Assembly (NCBI GenBank): GCA_963575745.1
Contig: CAUYUJ010000170.1
Coordinates: 372,001-436,000, forward strand
Length of the DNA stretch: 64,000 nt
Direction of reading: 5' to 3'
Source of the DNA: Prorocentrum cordatum
Lineage: Eukaryota
Positions 37,467 to 49,594 of this stretch are shown here, in pieces. Positions within the stretch are counted from its first letter, which is position 1; each line of letters begins with the position of its first letter. The position numbers were made by a program, and so were the translations under genes. Below the pieces are notes generated by a model, which saw only the letters and a program-made list of their open reading frames with translations, had not been told where the DNA came from and ran no database searches.

Positions 37467-39669
37467 GCATCATCATCATCCTCATCATCATCATCATCAG
37501 CATCATCATCATAATCAGCATCAGCATCAGCAGCGTCACCATCACCATCATCATCCCCAGGATGATGATCATCATCATCAGCAGCAGCAGCAGCGTCAGC
37601 ATCAGCATCAACATAAGCAGCAGCATCATCAGCATCAGCATCATCAGCAGCAGCAGCAGCATCAACATCGGCATCGTCATCATCATCATCATCAGCATCA
37701 TCATCAGCATCATCATCAGCATCAGCATCATCAGCAGCAGCATCATCATCATCAGCAGCAGCATCATTATCATCATCAGCCTCATTATCCACAGCATCAG
37801 TATCATCATCATCAGCAGCGGCAGCAGCATCAGCATCATCATCATCATCAGCATCATCATCATCATCAGAATCATCACCATCACAAGCAGCATCAGCATC
37901 ATCAGCATCGTCAGCATCATCATCATCATCATCAGGTTCAGTATCGCCGACAGCATCCTCAACAACATCATCACCACCAGCATCAGCATCATCAACGTCA
38001 TCATCATCATCAGCATCATCATCATCATCAGCATCATCACCATCATAAGCAGCATCAGCATCATCAGCATCGTCATCAGCATCATCATCAGCATCATCAT
38101 CATCAGCAGCATCATCACCATCATAAGCAGCATCAGCATCATCAGCATCGTCATCATCATCATCATCATCATCATCATCAGGTTCAGTATCACCGACAGC
38201 ATCCTCAGCAACATCATCACCACCAGCATCAGTATCGTCAACGTCATCATCATCATCATCATCAGCAGCAGCATCATCATCATCACCAGCAGCATCATCA
38301 GCATCATCAGTATCATCAGTATCCTCATCCTAATCCTCATCCTCGTCATCCGCACCAGCATCAGCATAAACATTATCAGCATCAGCATCAGCATCGGCAA
38401 CGTCAGCATCAGCAGAATCAGCATCATCCTCAGCAGCAGCATCATCTGCATCATCATCACCACTATCTCCATCATCCTCGTCATCATTATCAGCAGCAGC
38501 AAATATACCGTCATCAGCAGCATCATCATCAGCAACATCATCACCATCAGCCCCATCATCACCATGACCATCAATATCATCATCAGCAGCATCAGCATCA
38601 TCATCACCATGCTCAGGATGATCATCCTCATCATCAGCAGCAGTGTCAGCATCAGCATCAGCATCAGCAGCATCATCATCGTCATCATCATCATCAGCAG
38701 CATCAGCATCAGCATCAGCACCAGAATCGTCATCAGCATCATCAGCAACATCAGCATCATCATCATCATCATCATCATCAGCAGCAGCATCAGCATCAAT
38801 ATCCTCATCTTCATCCTCATCCTCATCCTCATCAGCATCAGCATCAGCATCAGCATCAGGATCAGCATCATCATCAAGAATCATCATCATCCGCAGCATC
38901 ATCAGTATCAGCATCATCCTCATCATCAGCAGCATCATCATCGTCATCATTGTCATCATCAGCAGCAGCATGATCATCATCACCATCACCATCCCCAGGA
39001 TGATCATCCTCATCATCAGCAGCAGCGTCAGCATCAGCATCAAACTCAGCAGCATCAACAGCGTCATCGTCATCATCAGCAGTATCAGCATCAGCATCAG
39101 CATCATTATCAGCATCATCATCATCAGCAGCCTCATCCTCATCCTTATCCTCATCAACATCAGCATCAGGATCAGCATCACCATCATGAATCATCATCAT
39201 CATTATCATCATCATCATCAGCATCATCATCAGCAGCATCATCATCAGCATCATCATCATCAGCAGCAGCATCAGAATTATCATGATCATCATCATCATC
39301 ATCAGCAGCATCATAAGCATCATCATCAGCAGCATCATCATCAGCATCATCATCACCATCACCATCCCCAGGATGATCATAATCATCAGCAGCAGCAGCG
39401 TCAGCATCAACATCAGCAGCATCATCATCACCGTCATCATCATCAGCAGCATCAGCATCAGCATCGGCATCATCATCAGCATGATCATCATCATCATCAT
39501 CATCATCATCAGCCCCATCATCATCAGCATCATCAGTATTATCATCCTCATCCTCATCCTCATCAGCATCAGCATTAGCATCATCATCATGAATCATCAT
39601 CAGCAGCAGCATCAGCAGCATCATCAGCATCATCATCAGCACCATCATCATCGCCATCATCAGCATAAC

Positions 39670-39706
<37 letters not shown>

Positions 39707-40050
39707 GTCATCATCATCACCATCACCATTACCATCCCCAGGATGATGATCATCATCAGCAGCAGCAGCGCCAGAATCAGCGTCAACATCATCAGCATCA
39801 TGATCACCGTCATCATCATCAGCAGCATCAGCATCAGCATCAGCATCAGCATCAGCATCAGCATCATCATCAGCATCATCAGCATCATCAGCAACATCAT
39901 TATCAGCACCATCAGCATCAGCATCATCAGTATTATCATCCTCATCCTCATCAGCATCAGCATCAGGATCAGCATCATCATCATGATTCATTATCAGCAG
40001 CATCATCATCAGCATCATCCATCTTCCTCCTCCTCCTCCTCCATCATCCT
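36300..40050 (+). repeat. (CCT)n followed by ~2.6 kb of degenerate (CAT/CAG)n with higher-order repeats
   Basis: Marker catccccaggatgat recurs at ~37551, ~38990, ~39363 and ~39733. Confidence 0.95.
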
Positions 40051-40496
40051 CCTCCCTCCTTTCCGCCGGGGGGCCTGGCGTCCAACGAACCGTCGGCGCC
40101 GACGGCCCAGCCCGCCGTCGCTCCTGCCAGGCGTTTGTCAACCCTGAGATGCGGGGGCTGCGGTTCTGTCCCAGACGTGCGAAATTTTGATTTTCCCATA
40201 TGTGGAACCCCGGACGGGACCGGTTCCAGACTCCCTGGGACCCGTTTTGCACCCTGAGTCGTTTTTTGACCGGCCTGGGACCCGGCGAAGGCCCCCAAAG
40301 GCCGAAAACGGCCAGAAACCTTCCGTCGTGACTTTTACGGCGCGAGCATGTCGGATGCCACACCTGGACCTCCAGAGGATCGAAAGCACCGAGTCTGAGG
40401 CTATTTTTCTATATATGTTCGGCCTGCGCAGGCCAGGCTCGGACCCTGGGGCTGTCAGAAAACCTCCTTGGGACGAGGAGCCACTGTCTCAAGTAT

Positions 40497-40657
40497 GGGA
40501 TCGGCTGCAGAATCGACTTACCCCAAACTTGAATTCTCGTCGAACCCATGACAAAAATGACGTAGAATAGTTGGCACCTCAACGGAGCATCGTAGGTATG
40601 TGTCGTAGGTTCGACGGGAAATCAAATCTGGGGCAAATCGATTATGTAGTCGATCCT
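40497..40657. repeat. Short diverged inverted-repeat element (MITE-like)
   Basis: gatcggctgcagaatcgacttaccccaaacttgaattctcgtcgaacc versus ggttcgacgggaaatcaaatctggggcaaatcgattatgtagtcgatc. Confidence 0.65.
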
Positions 40658-40981
40658 CTACTCGAGTCCCGGGGGAAGGGCCCCCAGGTCATCCATTACC
40701 GAGAAGCTTTTCAGTAAGGCTCTGGACGAACCGGTCGCGACCGGAACTCTGGCTCCAGTCGAGGAATGTGGGTACAAAGCGAGCCGTCGACGGCATAGAA
40801 ACCCTTCGCTTGGACCCCGACACGCCGTCGCTTCGTCACCGAAACTCGACCCCCTCCGCTCGCGACCAAAAAGCCGGCGAGCCCGAAATCCGCTACCGCA
40901 AAGTTCTGGTCGCGGATGATCTGGGCCGAGGGGTCCAGGGCCCCGAGACTCGAACACCCGCCGACCCTTCGGCGTGTGGAA

Positions 40982-41033
<52 letters not shown>

Positions 41034-41136
41034 GTCCCGAGGAAATAGAGGAGCAAGAACAGGGAGAAGGAACGTCTCAGCTAAAGTCGAAGGGAAGCCT
41101 CTCGTCCCTTTATCCTTTCCCTCCTGTCGGGAGGCA

Positions 41137-41167
<31 letters not shown>

Positions 41168-41182
41168 GAGGAGGAGGAGGAG

Positions 41183-42815
41183 CCCACGCCTCAAGGGGAG
41201 TCCCCATCCCGCCCGCGGCCCGCGCGGGGCCTGTCCTCAGGCCCTCCGCCGTGGAGACGAGCTGGTCACCGAAATCGTCGTGGTGGAAGCTGGCGACGCC
41301 GGGCGACGAGCTAGCGACGGCAGCGCCGTCATGAAGAAGAGGCCCAGCAACGGGAACAGGGCCAGCAGGAGGGTCGACGCTGTCGCCGCCCGCAGGGGGA
41401 GCATCACCAGCACCTGCAAGAACCAGGGCAGAAAGCTCCGCATGTTGGTCATCAGGATCTCCTGGGTCCTCAGGAGAAGCAGCAGATGCAATAACCACAG
41501 ACTGGGCCGCCGCGAAGTCGTTGTCCTCATCTTCTTCCACTTCCAATAGAAGAGCAAATACGTCCTCATCGTTCTCCATAGATATCGATGTGCCATTGTC
41601 TGCAGAAGCCGCAACCGCAGGCGGCGAGAAGGAAGCGGGAGCCACATCATCGAGAGGTACGTCAGCACCATGAACTGCACAGCCAGAGGGTAGGGCGTCC
41701 GCATCGACAACATCATCAGGTTGCCCGTGACAGGGGAGAGTCTGGGCAGGTAGCGGCGCTGCTCCCATAGGGTTGGTCGGCCAAGAGACGCGGACGCAAT
41801 GGGTGAGAAGCGCCCACGCGTTGCGAGAAGCGGGCGAGAAGCGCCCACCCCTTGCGCCCACGCAGTTTACACGCGGGCGAGAAGCGCCCACCCCTTGCGT
41901 CCCCAGCTGAGAAGGCTGAACAGGGCTTGACCCAGATCGGTTGTCGCCCTCGCTGTCCGACCCAGCATCTCGAGGTCAAGACCGCCGCCTTCGTCGTCAC
42001 CCAGTACACTACCAGGGTTCTGAAGCATCCAGGTAACCAGGCTCCGCTGTTCGTCCGACAAGTCGAAGTTCTCGCACAGGCAGCCCACCGCGTGCGCCAT
42101 CTGTCGGTCTGAGAGCGGCTCTGGAGGATTCCGCGGCCGAGCGAGCGACGAACAGGGCCTCACGAACAGCAGCACGCCAGCGCCGAAGACCATTGAGGGA
42201 ATGTGCACTCGCTGTAGCCGTAGCCGACGAGGTAGCAGCCGCCAAAGCCCCCGAAGGGGGGGCTCCCGAAGCACGACTTGACATCGTCCGTCTCGCAACA
42301 CCACCAACTGACCCATCTGGATAGATGACTCCAAGCCCGTGCGCCGCCATCGTCTCGTTAAAGCCGTCGTCGGAGCTGCTGGAGGAGATTGTCTCATGCG
42401 GTTCCGCAGGGGAAAGAAGAGCAGCGGGTGGTAGCCTAGAAGAGGAGGCCGTAGGGTCAGACGGCTCGCCTGTGTCCACCCTCGAGCGACGAACGGCAGC
42501 CTGCACTTGAGCTTCGAATTCCTCGCCTGTCAAGATCGGCTCAAAATGATGTGAATATTCATCCGTCGTCATCTCGGTGTCGTTGCCAGCAGTAGCCTCC
42601 ATGTGCTCCATGTCCAGGTCTGCGGGCTCAGGGTAGCCGACGGTGTCGACGCTGCGGTTGCCCTCGTCGGGCAGGTACGGAGCGTCGCCGTCGTCGCAGT
42701 CGCCCTCCACAGGCACAAGGCGCGGCAGGAGGCGCGAGTGCGTGTTGAGCGACAACGGAGGCCCAAACGGAAATACCTGGCGCATTCGAAGGAGGTCCGC
42801 CTTTTTAAGCTTCAT
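41183..42815 (-). pseudogene. Possible ORF3 or long ORF2 tail of the LINE (acidic, low complexity, frameshifted)
   Basis: ORF 42009-42815 (MKLKKADLLRMRQ...) and ORF 40893-41891 are co-oriented with the LINE and run straight into the terminal (CCT)n. No domain recognised. Confidence 0.35.
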
Positions 42816-42966
42816 TCATACGCGTTAAGTCGGCGGCCCCGCCCCGTTGCCAGGGTGCACAGCAAAGTAAACCTGATGATGAGGCCAGCCACGTATGAGT
42901 ATATGTTCGCCCGCACAATTGCCTCAATGCCAACAGCCGCGAGGATTCGACCGTGCCCCATGCTGT

Positions 42967-45900
42967 TTAGAAGTGATGGTATAGCCGAGCTCTCCCCACC
43001 GTCGAACTGTGCCACGCGGCATGGCACATGCTGGATCCAAGAATGCGCCTCTCCTGCACCGTCCCTTCAGGGGTAGCAAACAGCCCACAGAAAGCCCAGA
43101 TTGGAAACACGCGGCTGGAAAACTTAGTACCCCAGAACATCCAGTCGTCGAAACCGCTGCAGGTGACGGGTTCCAAGAAGAGCGAGGGGCCCCAGTTCCG
43201 CGCCCAAGACTCCAGCAGAACTGCAAATCGCGCCAAACGCCGAAGCATGATAGGACCGACTCCAGCCGGCGGCATAGCAGAAAACCTGACCTCGCCAATG
43301 GCATCCGGATAACGCACGCGATGTGGTAGAGTGTCGTGAAGGAAACGGCGTCCGATTGGCAACATACCGAGAAGATCATCCCACCAAGCATGCTCGATCG
43401 ATGGTAGTTCGAAACAAATGACAGGAAGCGGGTCGGATGGCTCTGGAGGGCGGCGCGTGATCCTGGCGCGCCCAGCCGAAGGCCAAGCCAGCGCACGTGT
43501 CCGCACTGCGCCTCTCAGCGCTGTGAGCAACTGATAGGGAAGCACGTGGTGCAGATGCCGAAGACCATGATATGCTATAGTGGCAAGATGCGTGTTCATC
43601 ACATCCTCGCCGAAGCTGCCGCGAAGACCCCATCGATCAAGAACGTGTGAAGGTAAGTATCGTCGCCCTCCTGACTTAACCATGGCAAGACCCCATGCGA
43701 GCCCACGACATTCCCAATAGTGTGCCATGTCATCCCGCTCGCCACAGCACCCAAACAGGCACGGCTTGACACCAGACACGGATGCAATGCGAGCCGGGGT
43801 TAACCAACCGCCACAAAACGCTCGAATAATACAGGTGGCCCAAGCTACGGGGCATGTCGTCATCTGCTTGCGCAGGGCGTCCCAATCCAGCGCGTTAATC
43901 TCGTTGCCGAGCTGCGGATACCATTTAGTCCACCGTTTGACGAAGGTGGTGGCCAAAGGCGATGCGCAGGTGGACTGCAAGGGCTGATGTGCGCTTATAT
44001 ACTCAGTTGGTGAAGCCTGGTGCGCAATCCGCTGGGCACGCTTTTCGGCTGAGTCATCCTCGAACATGGCAAGATGAACGGCAACAACACCTGATGACGC
44101 TGAGACCTTACAAGCATCGGACAGAAACTCGACGAAAGACGGTACTTGCCAGAAAGAAGGCGAAAGTCCACCACAAAGATCTGCCAAGACGCGCTGCATG
44201 ATGCAGGATGCGCTGCAATCTGCCACCTCGATGATGCCCTTTTCAGGCATGCCAGATACGATGCGTGATCAGGATGCGCTGCAATCCCAGATCGAATAAG
44301 CGCGGACTTCGCTGAGATGGCCAGGCTGCGAAGGCGAGGCCCACCACAAGCACCAAGCGCATGATAGTCGACTTGCCGCAAGGCACCACCAGGGAAGCGC
44401 AGCAGCTTCACGAGCACATGTATGTCCTGACTCTTCAGCTTCTCGGGGAGCGGTAGGAATTGTGCCACAGAGCCCATGATGGGCTCGTAGTGTAGTTGAT
44501 GCCATTCAAGCTCGCAGGCGCCGCAGAGGCGGCAAGGGCACTGACTCGAGCGCAGTATTTACCCCATGGCGTCGACCACGACTGAGGGAGCGATGCTGCT
44601 GGACCCATCCATATCCCCAGGCACAGCAAAGTGGCCTCCACTTTGAAGGATGACCAGTCCGACAGCTGTTGTTGCAGCAAGACATGCACACGCTGCTGCA
44701 GCTCGGCCGAGAATGGACCTGCCAGTGGAACAATCACACACTTAGCTGGTTTGAGCTTCAAGCTGGCCAGCTTGGCTGCCACCGCCATCGCACGCGATAA
44801 GAGTTTCAGATCGATCATATCGAACAGCACTCCCCCGATATCATCAGCACACGCTCGAAAGACTCCTCGCTGTCGGAGTTCGATCCCCTGCCTGATGCCC
44901 TCCAGAATCGGCGAGGTAGCTGCGGCGAACAAGCTCCCAGATAAGGCGCAGCCTCGAACGATGCCGCACCAGATACGGAAGAGGACCTCAGTGACGCCCG
45001 CAGTTCTGCCCAGGGCAGTGGCAATCGCATAGAGAGAGCGTATCGCCTCTAGTAGAGCTGTCGGAAGCCGAAGATGTTCAAGAATGATGAAGAGGAAACT
45101 CTGGCTGAGGCTGGGGAACGCTTGCCCCAAAGCCAGAGCCACGAGAAACGGCATCCGCTCCAGCGGGTTGGGCATCAGCGAGGCGGCTCTGGCTACCACG
45201 TCGGGCTCCAGAATGTTTGAAGCGTCGGCCCGAGATAAAACCACGCTGCGCTGCTGATGTAGAGCACTGCGCGATCGGGGAGAAGGCGGCGTTGAAGGTG
45301 GCCGAGATAACATGCATGTCCGTATTGCGTAACCCGAGCGTGCGCACCGTGTCGGGGGACCTGTTGACCCCTCTGTCATCGTCGTCACCTGTTTGACAGC
45401 CTTTGGGAAGAAAAGCTCGAGGAGTGTCGCCGCACTGTGCGAATAAACGTTGCCCGCCCATCATCCGCACACAGGAGAACCAGAGGACCTTCGCGCCCAC
45501 CTCGTGGGCGGCCCAGGCGGCGCACGGCAGCCCGCCGACGCCAGGAGAGGATCGCGACGGCGCAAATTTGATAAGCACACGCTGCAGCATCTCAAGAGAC
45601 GGAGGAGCAAGCCCATCAAACGCACAAGGGTGCACGAACCGTTCAGCCCATCGCCTTGTGCGTGCAGGAAAAGCTTGGGGAGCGGCCGAATTTGGTGCCC
45701 AATAGCGCGCGAGCGCGCCCAGCTTCTCGAAGGGGTCGGCGTAGGCGACGCCGTCGACCTCGATGAAACGCAAGGCTAGCTTCTTCGAGAAAGGAACCCA
45801 AAGCCGAGCTTTCCGTTGCACCGCAGCAACCGTGCCAGCAGATGGACGCTGACGACCTTTCCCGTGAACTGCATCATGTTGTAATCGCTCCAATTCCAGC

Positions 45901-47160
45901 TCAGCGGACCGAAGTTGAGTAGCGCCCGCCCAAGCCTGAAAAGCAGCATCGTCCGTGATGATGACCTGGGTGTCTTGCACCTGCAAACACGATCGCGCAA
46001 CTTTAGATGCATGGCATAACTTCTGAGCAAGAGTAGTGTTCTGTCGCCAGGCGCATCGCGCGGCTTGACGAACAAATACCAATTGGGCTTCCAGGGAGTC
46101 ACTTTCGTTGACCAAGATACTCTGCGTTGTGTCGAACGCTGCTGCTTGAACCAAGTCCTTATAACGGAATAATTGCCTCGGTGGTGACATGCCCAAGAAG
46201 AACTGCCCATCGTTGTCAAGGAGCACGCCTAGGCGCCGCCCAAGTTCAGGCCGTTTATAGATATGTGCAGGGGCGGGCTTGCGATAGCAGCCATCCAGAT
46301 CTCGATGCCGGATATGAACACGAATCGCCGCGCGATCCGAGAGCTCCTCGGCGTGCATCTCTTCGGGCGCGGAGACAAACGACACGGAGTGCTGGAGTTG
46401 GCATGACATCCAATTCGGTTCAGATAGCCAGAGCCGGTCGATTTGCGACATGGCCTTCGCGCCCTGGCAGTAGTGGGTCGGATCCTCAGACGCCATCTCT
46501 AACATCCGATGAAACACCGAAGACCAAAGCCTGGCATGGGAGCGAGAGTCATTCGTAACGTTGCGTGGCTTTGCTGCCGTCGGTTGCGCAAGGTGGAGCG
46601 CGTCGTGGGCCGCGAAGTTGAGGTCGCCACATACAACAACTAGTCGGGCACGATGATCGAGAGAAGCCCAATCTATATCAGCCTGAATTGCTCTGACCAC
46701 CTTCTGAACTTCTGCCGCCGAGAGCCCATGATTGCGAATATTGGAATGACGAATCTCAGCACACGCGCCCACCAAAATTGCCCGCAGGACTCTGCCCCTG
46801 ACGAGCGGCGTGGACGAAGAAGCACTTGAGGAAGGCAAAGAAAGCGGCACGATCGTAGCAACACCGCCTCGGCCACGACCTGTCTCATCATCCCCGTCAT
46901 GAACAGATGCGAAAGAACCAAAGACCGTAGCTGATGGTGCGACTCTGCGCATGCAAACTTCCAGCTCACCCTGGGTCTGGTGTACTTCTTGGAAGGCGAC
47001 GACGGAAGACGAGATGCCAATCAGGTCCAGGTAGGAGGCCTTGCTCATCGAGCGTGCGCCACGGAACTGCAGCAACGCTCGAGCATTCCACGACAAAAAC
47101 GTGAGCTCCTGACAACGCGGCGCCAAGCCGCCGTCAACCTTGTGGTAGAAGATGTCATCG
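42967..47160 (-). pseudogene. LINE ORF2: APE endonuclease + reverse transcriptase + CCHC zinc knuckle, frameshifted
   Basis: APE: FLSWNARAL, FQEVH, GGVATI, CGDLNF, SQIDR, LSDR. RT: FLPKG, RTLGLRNTD, QRGFISGR, QAFPSL, GIVRGCALSGSLF, ACADDIG, LKPAKC, LCLGIWMG. Knuckle: CLFGCCGERDDMAHYWEC. Confidence 0.92.
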
Positions 47161-47166
47161 TACTTG

Positions 47167-48349
47167 CTAAAGAGACCATTCAGGCTCCACGCTGGGCTTG
47201 AGGATGTGGCCAATCGACTTGTTGATACCAGCACGCTTCCAGCCACGAGAGGTGAGCGCGGCATCATGAAAGTAGCAGAGCGCGGGGTCGCGGCCAGGCT
47301 GAAGTTCGAATCGCAGTACAGGATTCCAGTTTTCAGATAACCAACCATTCTGCCGATCGAGGAAGAACTTGCACTGCGGGTGCTCCTCGCGGAGCGCGCT
47401 CGTGACCTTCTTGCCAGCGATCTCGAGCTTGATCTGGTACGGCGACTTATCTGGCCCAGTGTGCAGTTGCGTTGAACCGCCAGAGGCCAGCTGGCACAGG
47501 GAAACGCATCCACTGGCCCTTGCCAAGACGTAGCGCTGCCAAGGCCTGGGAGACTCGCTTGCAGGCGAAGACGACGGCGACTGTGAACTGGATGACGAAA
47601 ATGCGGTCCTGTTCATCTCCTTCGATCTTGAAGCCTTCGATCTCAGCGTCCTGGAGCCATTTCTCGACAGAAGTGACCACATCCTTCGTACAAACCATCG
47701 TGGGCGCGACGGCTTTGAGGATGGTGCCGTCAATGATGCGCTGGAAGCCAATGCCAGCGGGCTTGGGAGGCTGCGGGACTTTGTTGGCCATGGCGAACTC
47801 CTTCCGCATTTCCTCCAGAGAGCTCTGCATGTCGGCAAACTGCCTGGCGAGGGTCTCGGCGCGAGCGTCCAGATCGTCGATCTTGGCAGCCACGGTGTCC
47901 AACTGGCGCTGGATGCGCTGCTCGAGGTCGTTGAGTTCCGATCGCAGTTGAGCCTCCATTTCGTTCTTGCAGTTCCCATGGACGGCCTTGATCGCGTTCT
48001 CGAGTGTGCGGACGGCAGGCATAATTGGGTCCACAGCCTTGCCAGCAGCGTCGGCCGCGGAGGTAGCCGCGATAGCGGCCAGGTCGTCCTTGAGGGTCTT
48101 GAACTCCTGCGGGAGGCGCTTGCCGAGCTGCTCGGCAATGAGGCCATTGATGTGGGCACCCCAGTCATCGTCGGCCATGTCGTATGCTTCATCTTCAACG
48201 TCGGAGATGGTACGGCTCGACCTCGAGCGATCATCATCCACCCGACCGCCAACAGGAACAGCATCATCACCACCACCCCGCACCGCTGCTGGGCGCCCCG
48301 CTGCAAGAGTCTTCTTCTTGCGCTTGGGAGTTCCGCCATTCGGGGGCAT
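47167..48349 (-). pseudogene. LINE ORF1-like protein (basic N-terminus, coiled coil; frameshift near 47490)
   Basis: MPPNGGTPKRKKK, then the heptad-rich ELNDLEQRIQRQLDTVAAKIDDLDARAETLARQFADMQSSLEEM. C-terminus continues in another frame (GPDKSPYQIKLEIAGKK...EPEWSL-stop) immediately before ORF2. Confidence 0.75.
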
Positions 48350-48459
48350 GCGCGGGCCGCGCGCGCCGAGGGCAAAGTGGCTGCACGCGTTGCTGGATCT
48401 GGCCGCGGATCAGCGGTGTCCCTTTTGCCTGGAGGCTGAACAGCCCCCCAGGTGGACAT

Positions 48460-48481
48460 CTTGAGCCAAAATGGCTACGGA
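48460..48481 (-). other. Complete 22-nt dinoflagellate spliced leader at the LINE 5' end
   Basis: Plus strand CTTGAGCCAAAATGGCTACGGA is the reverse complement of TCCGTAGCCATTTTGGCTCAAG (DinoSL, DCCGTAGCCATTTTGGCTCAAG). Followed by ATG, not by the GT of an SL-RNA intron. Confidence 0.97.
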
Positions 48482-49594
48482 AGGAGGAGGAGGGAGAGGA
48501 GGAGGGAGAGGAGGAGGGGAGGAGGAGGAGGAGGAGGAGGGAGGAGAAGGAGGAGGAGGAGGAGGAGGAGGAGGGGAGGGGCCCTGGGTCAGAAAGCCGC
48601 CTCCCCCCCCCCCTGATCCCGGCGAGCCCCGCCGGGGGCGCCAGCGGGGGTCCTGGGGGAGCCGCCTTCCGGGTCGGCGGCGCCGGCCGGAAGGCCTCCG
48701 CCGTGGAGCGTCCGATCGGCGGCGTGGGCACCTTGAGCGCTTCTCGCCCGCTGTCGGGACCAGAGACTATCACGGATCGGTCTGGCTCGAAAGATGCACG
48801 CCTCCTCCTCCTCCTCCTCCTCCTCCTCCTCCTTCCTCCCCTCCTGATCCTGATCCCCTCCTCCTCCTCCTCCTCCTCCTCCTCCTCCTCCTCCTCCTCC
48901 TCCTCCTCCTCCTCCTCCTCCTCCTCCTCCTGCTCGAAAGATGCCGCAGAAAGTCGGGGTCTGGGGCTTCAATCGTGACTGTTCGCGGCTTCGCAATGTC
49001 GTCGCAGCGACGGATCTCAGAGTTCACGGAGGGAAGAGAAAACCTCCGCCCAATCCTGGGGAGGCCGACACGAGGGCGGGTTCTCAGGCCAGGGTCCAGA
49101 GGCGGATCTGGCCGTGGGGGCGAGGGCCCCACCAGGAGGCACAGAACGGCGAAAAGGGGGAAGGGCCCAGGTGGAGGCTTTCGCCCCAGATCCATTCCTG
49201 ATGAGAAATAAGATCATACCCTCGGAGATCTGGGGCACGGTGAGGGCATTGGATCAGGAACCATCGGATCAGGAATCCGGGGTCTGGAAGCTGGTGGAAC
49301 TCCAACCTTGGAGTGGCCATGGGTATCACAGCATCCCTCATCAGACAAGGAAGCCTCCAGGGTCTGAAGCCTCATGGACGCATTCCTTAACCAGCGCCCC
49401 AACCGTACCCTGAGATCCGACGGCGCGCAACACCACGACCGAGCCCCAGACCCCATCTTTGTGCACACTCTTTCGAGCCGGATCGGCCTGCGAGGTCCCA
49501 GGGTCAGAATTTGAGCGAAAACGCCCGCTTTGAAAATTAGCCTGGCGAAGGACCCAACCATATGCAGTTGTGAGTAATGCTGGTGTGAGTACCG

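Larger units (their letters stand above)
41183..48481 (-). mobile_element. Full-length-like decayed LINE (~7.3 kb): SL cap, ORF1, APE-RT-CCHC ORF2, long 3' extension; inserted in (CCT)n
   Basis: Spliced leader at the 5' end, recognisable ORF1/ORF2 motifs, and (GGA)n on the plus strand at both boundaries (41143-41182 and 48482-48580). Confidence 0.88.

Noticed and set aside
33819..40257. Long poly-His/Ser/Ile/Pro/Leu ORFs (also 5947-7273, 19105-20057, 26802-27440)
   Set aside because: Stop-free by-products of (CCT)n/(CAT)n tracts, open in several frames on both strands.
42990..43140. GIY-YIG-like nuclease remnant in the LINE 3' extension (ERRIL...GGES)
   Set aside because: Requires a frameshift, and the N-terminal GIY/YIG motifs are not visible. 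Too weak without a profile search.
48460..48481. SL RNA gene at either spliced-leader copy
   Set aside because: Neither SL is followed by the GT-starting SL intron. Both lead directly into kilobases of mRNA-like sequence, which fits retroposed trans-spliced RNA.
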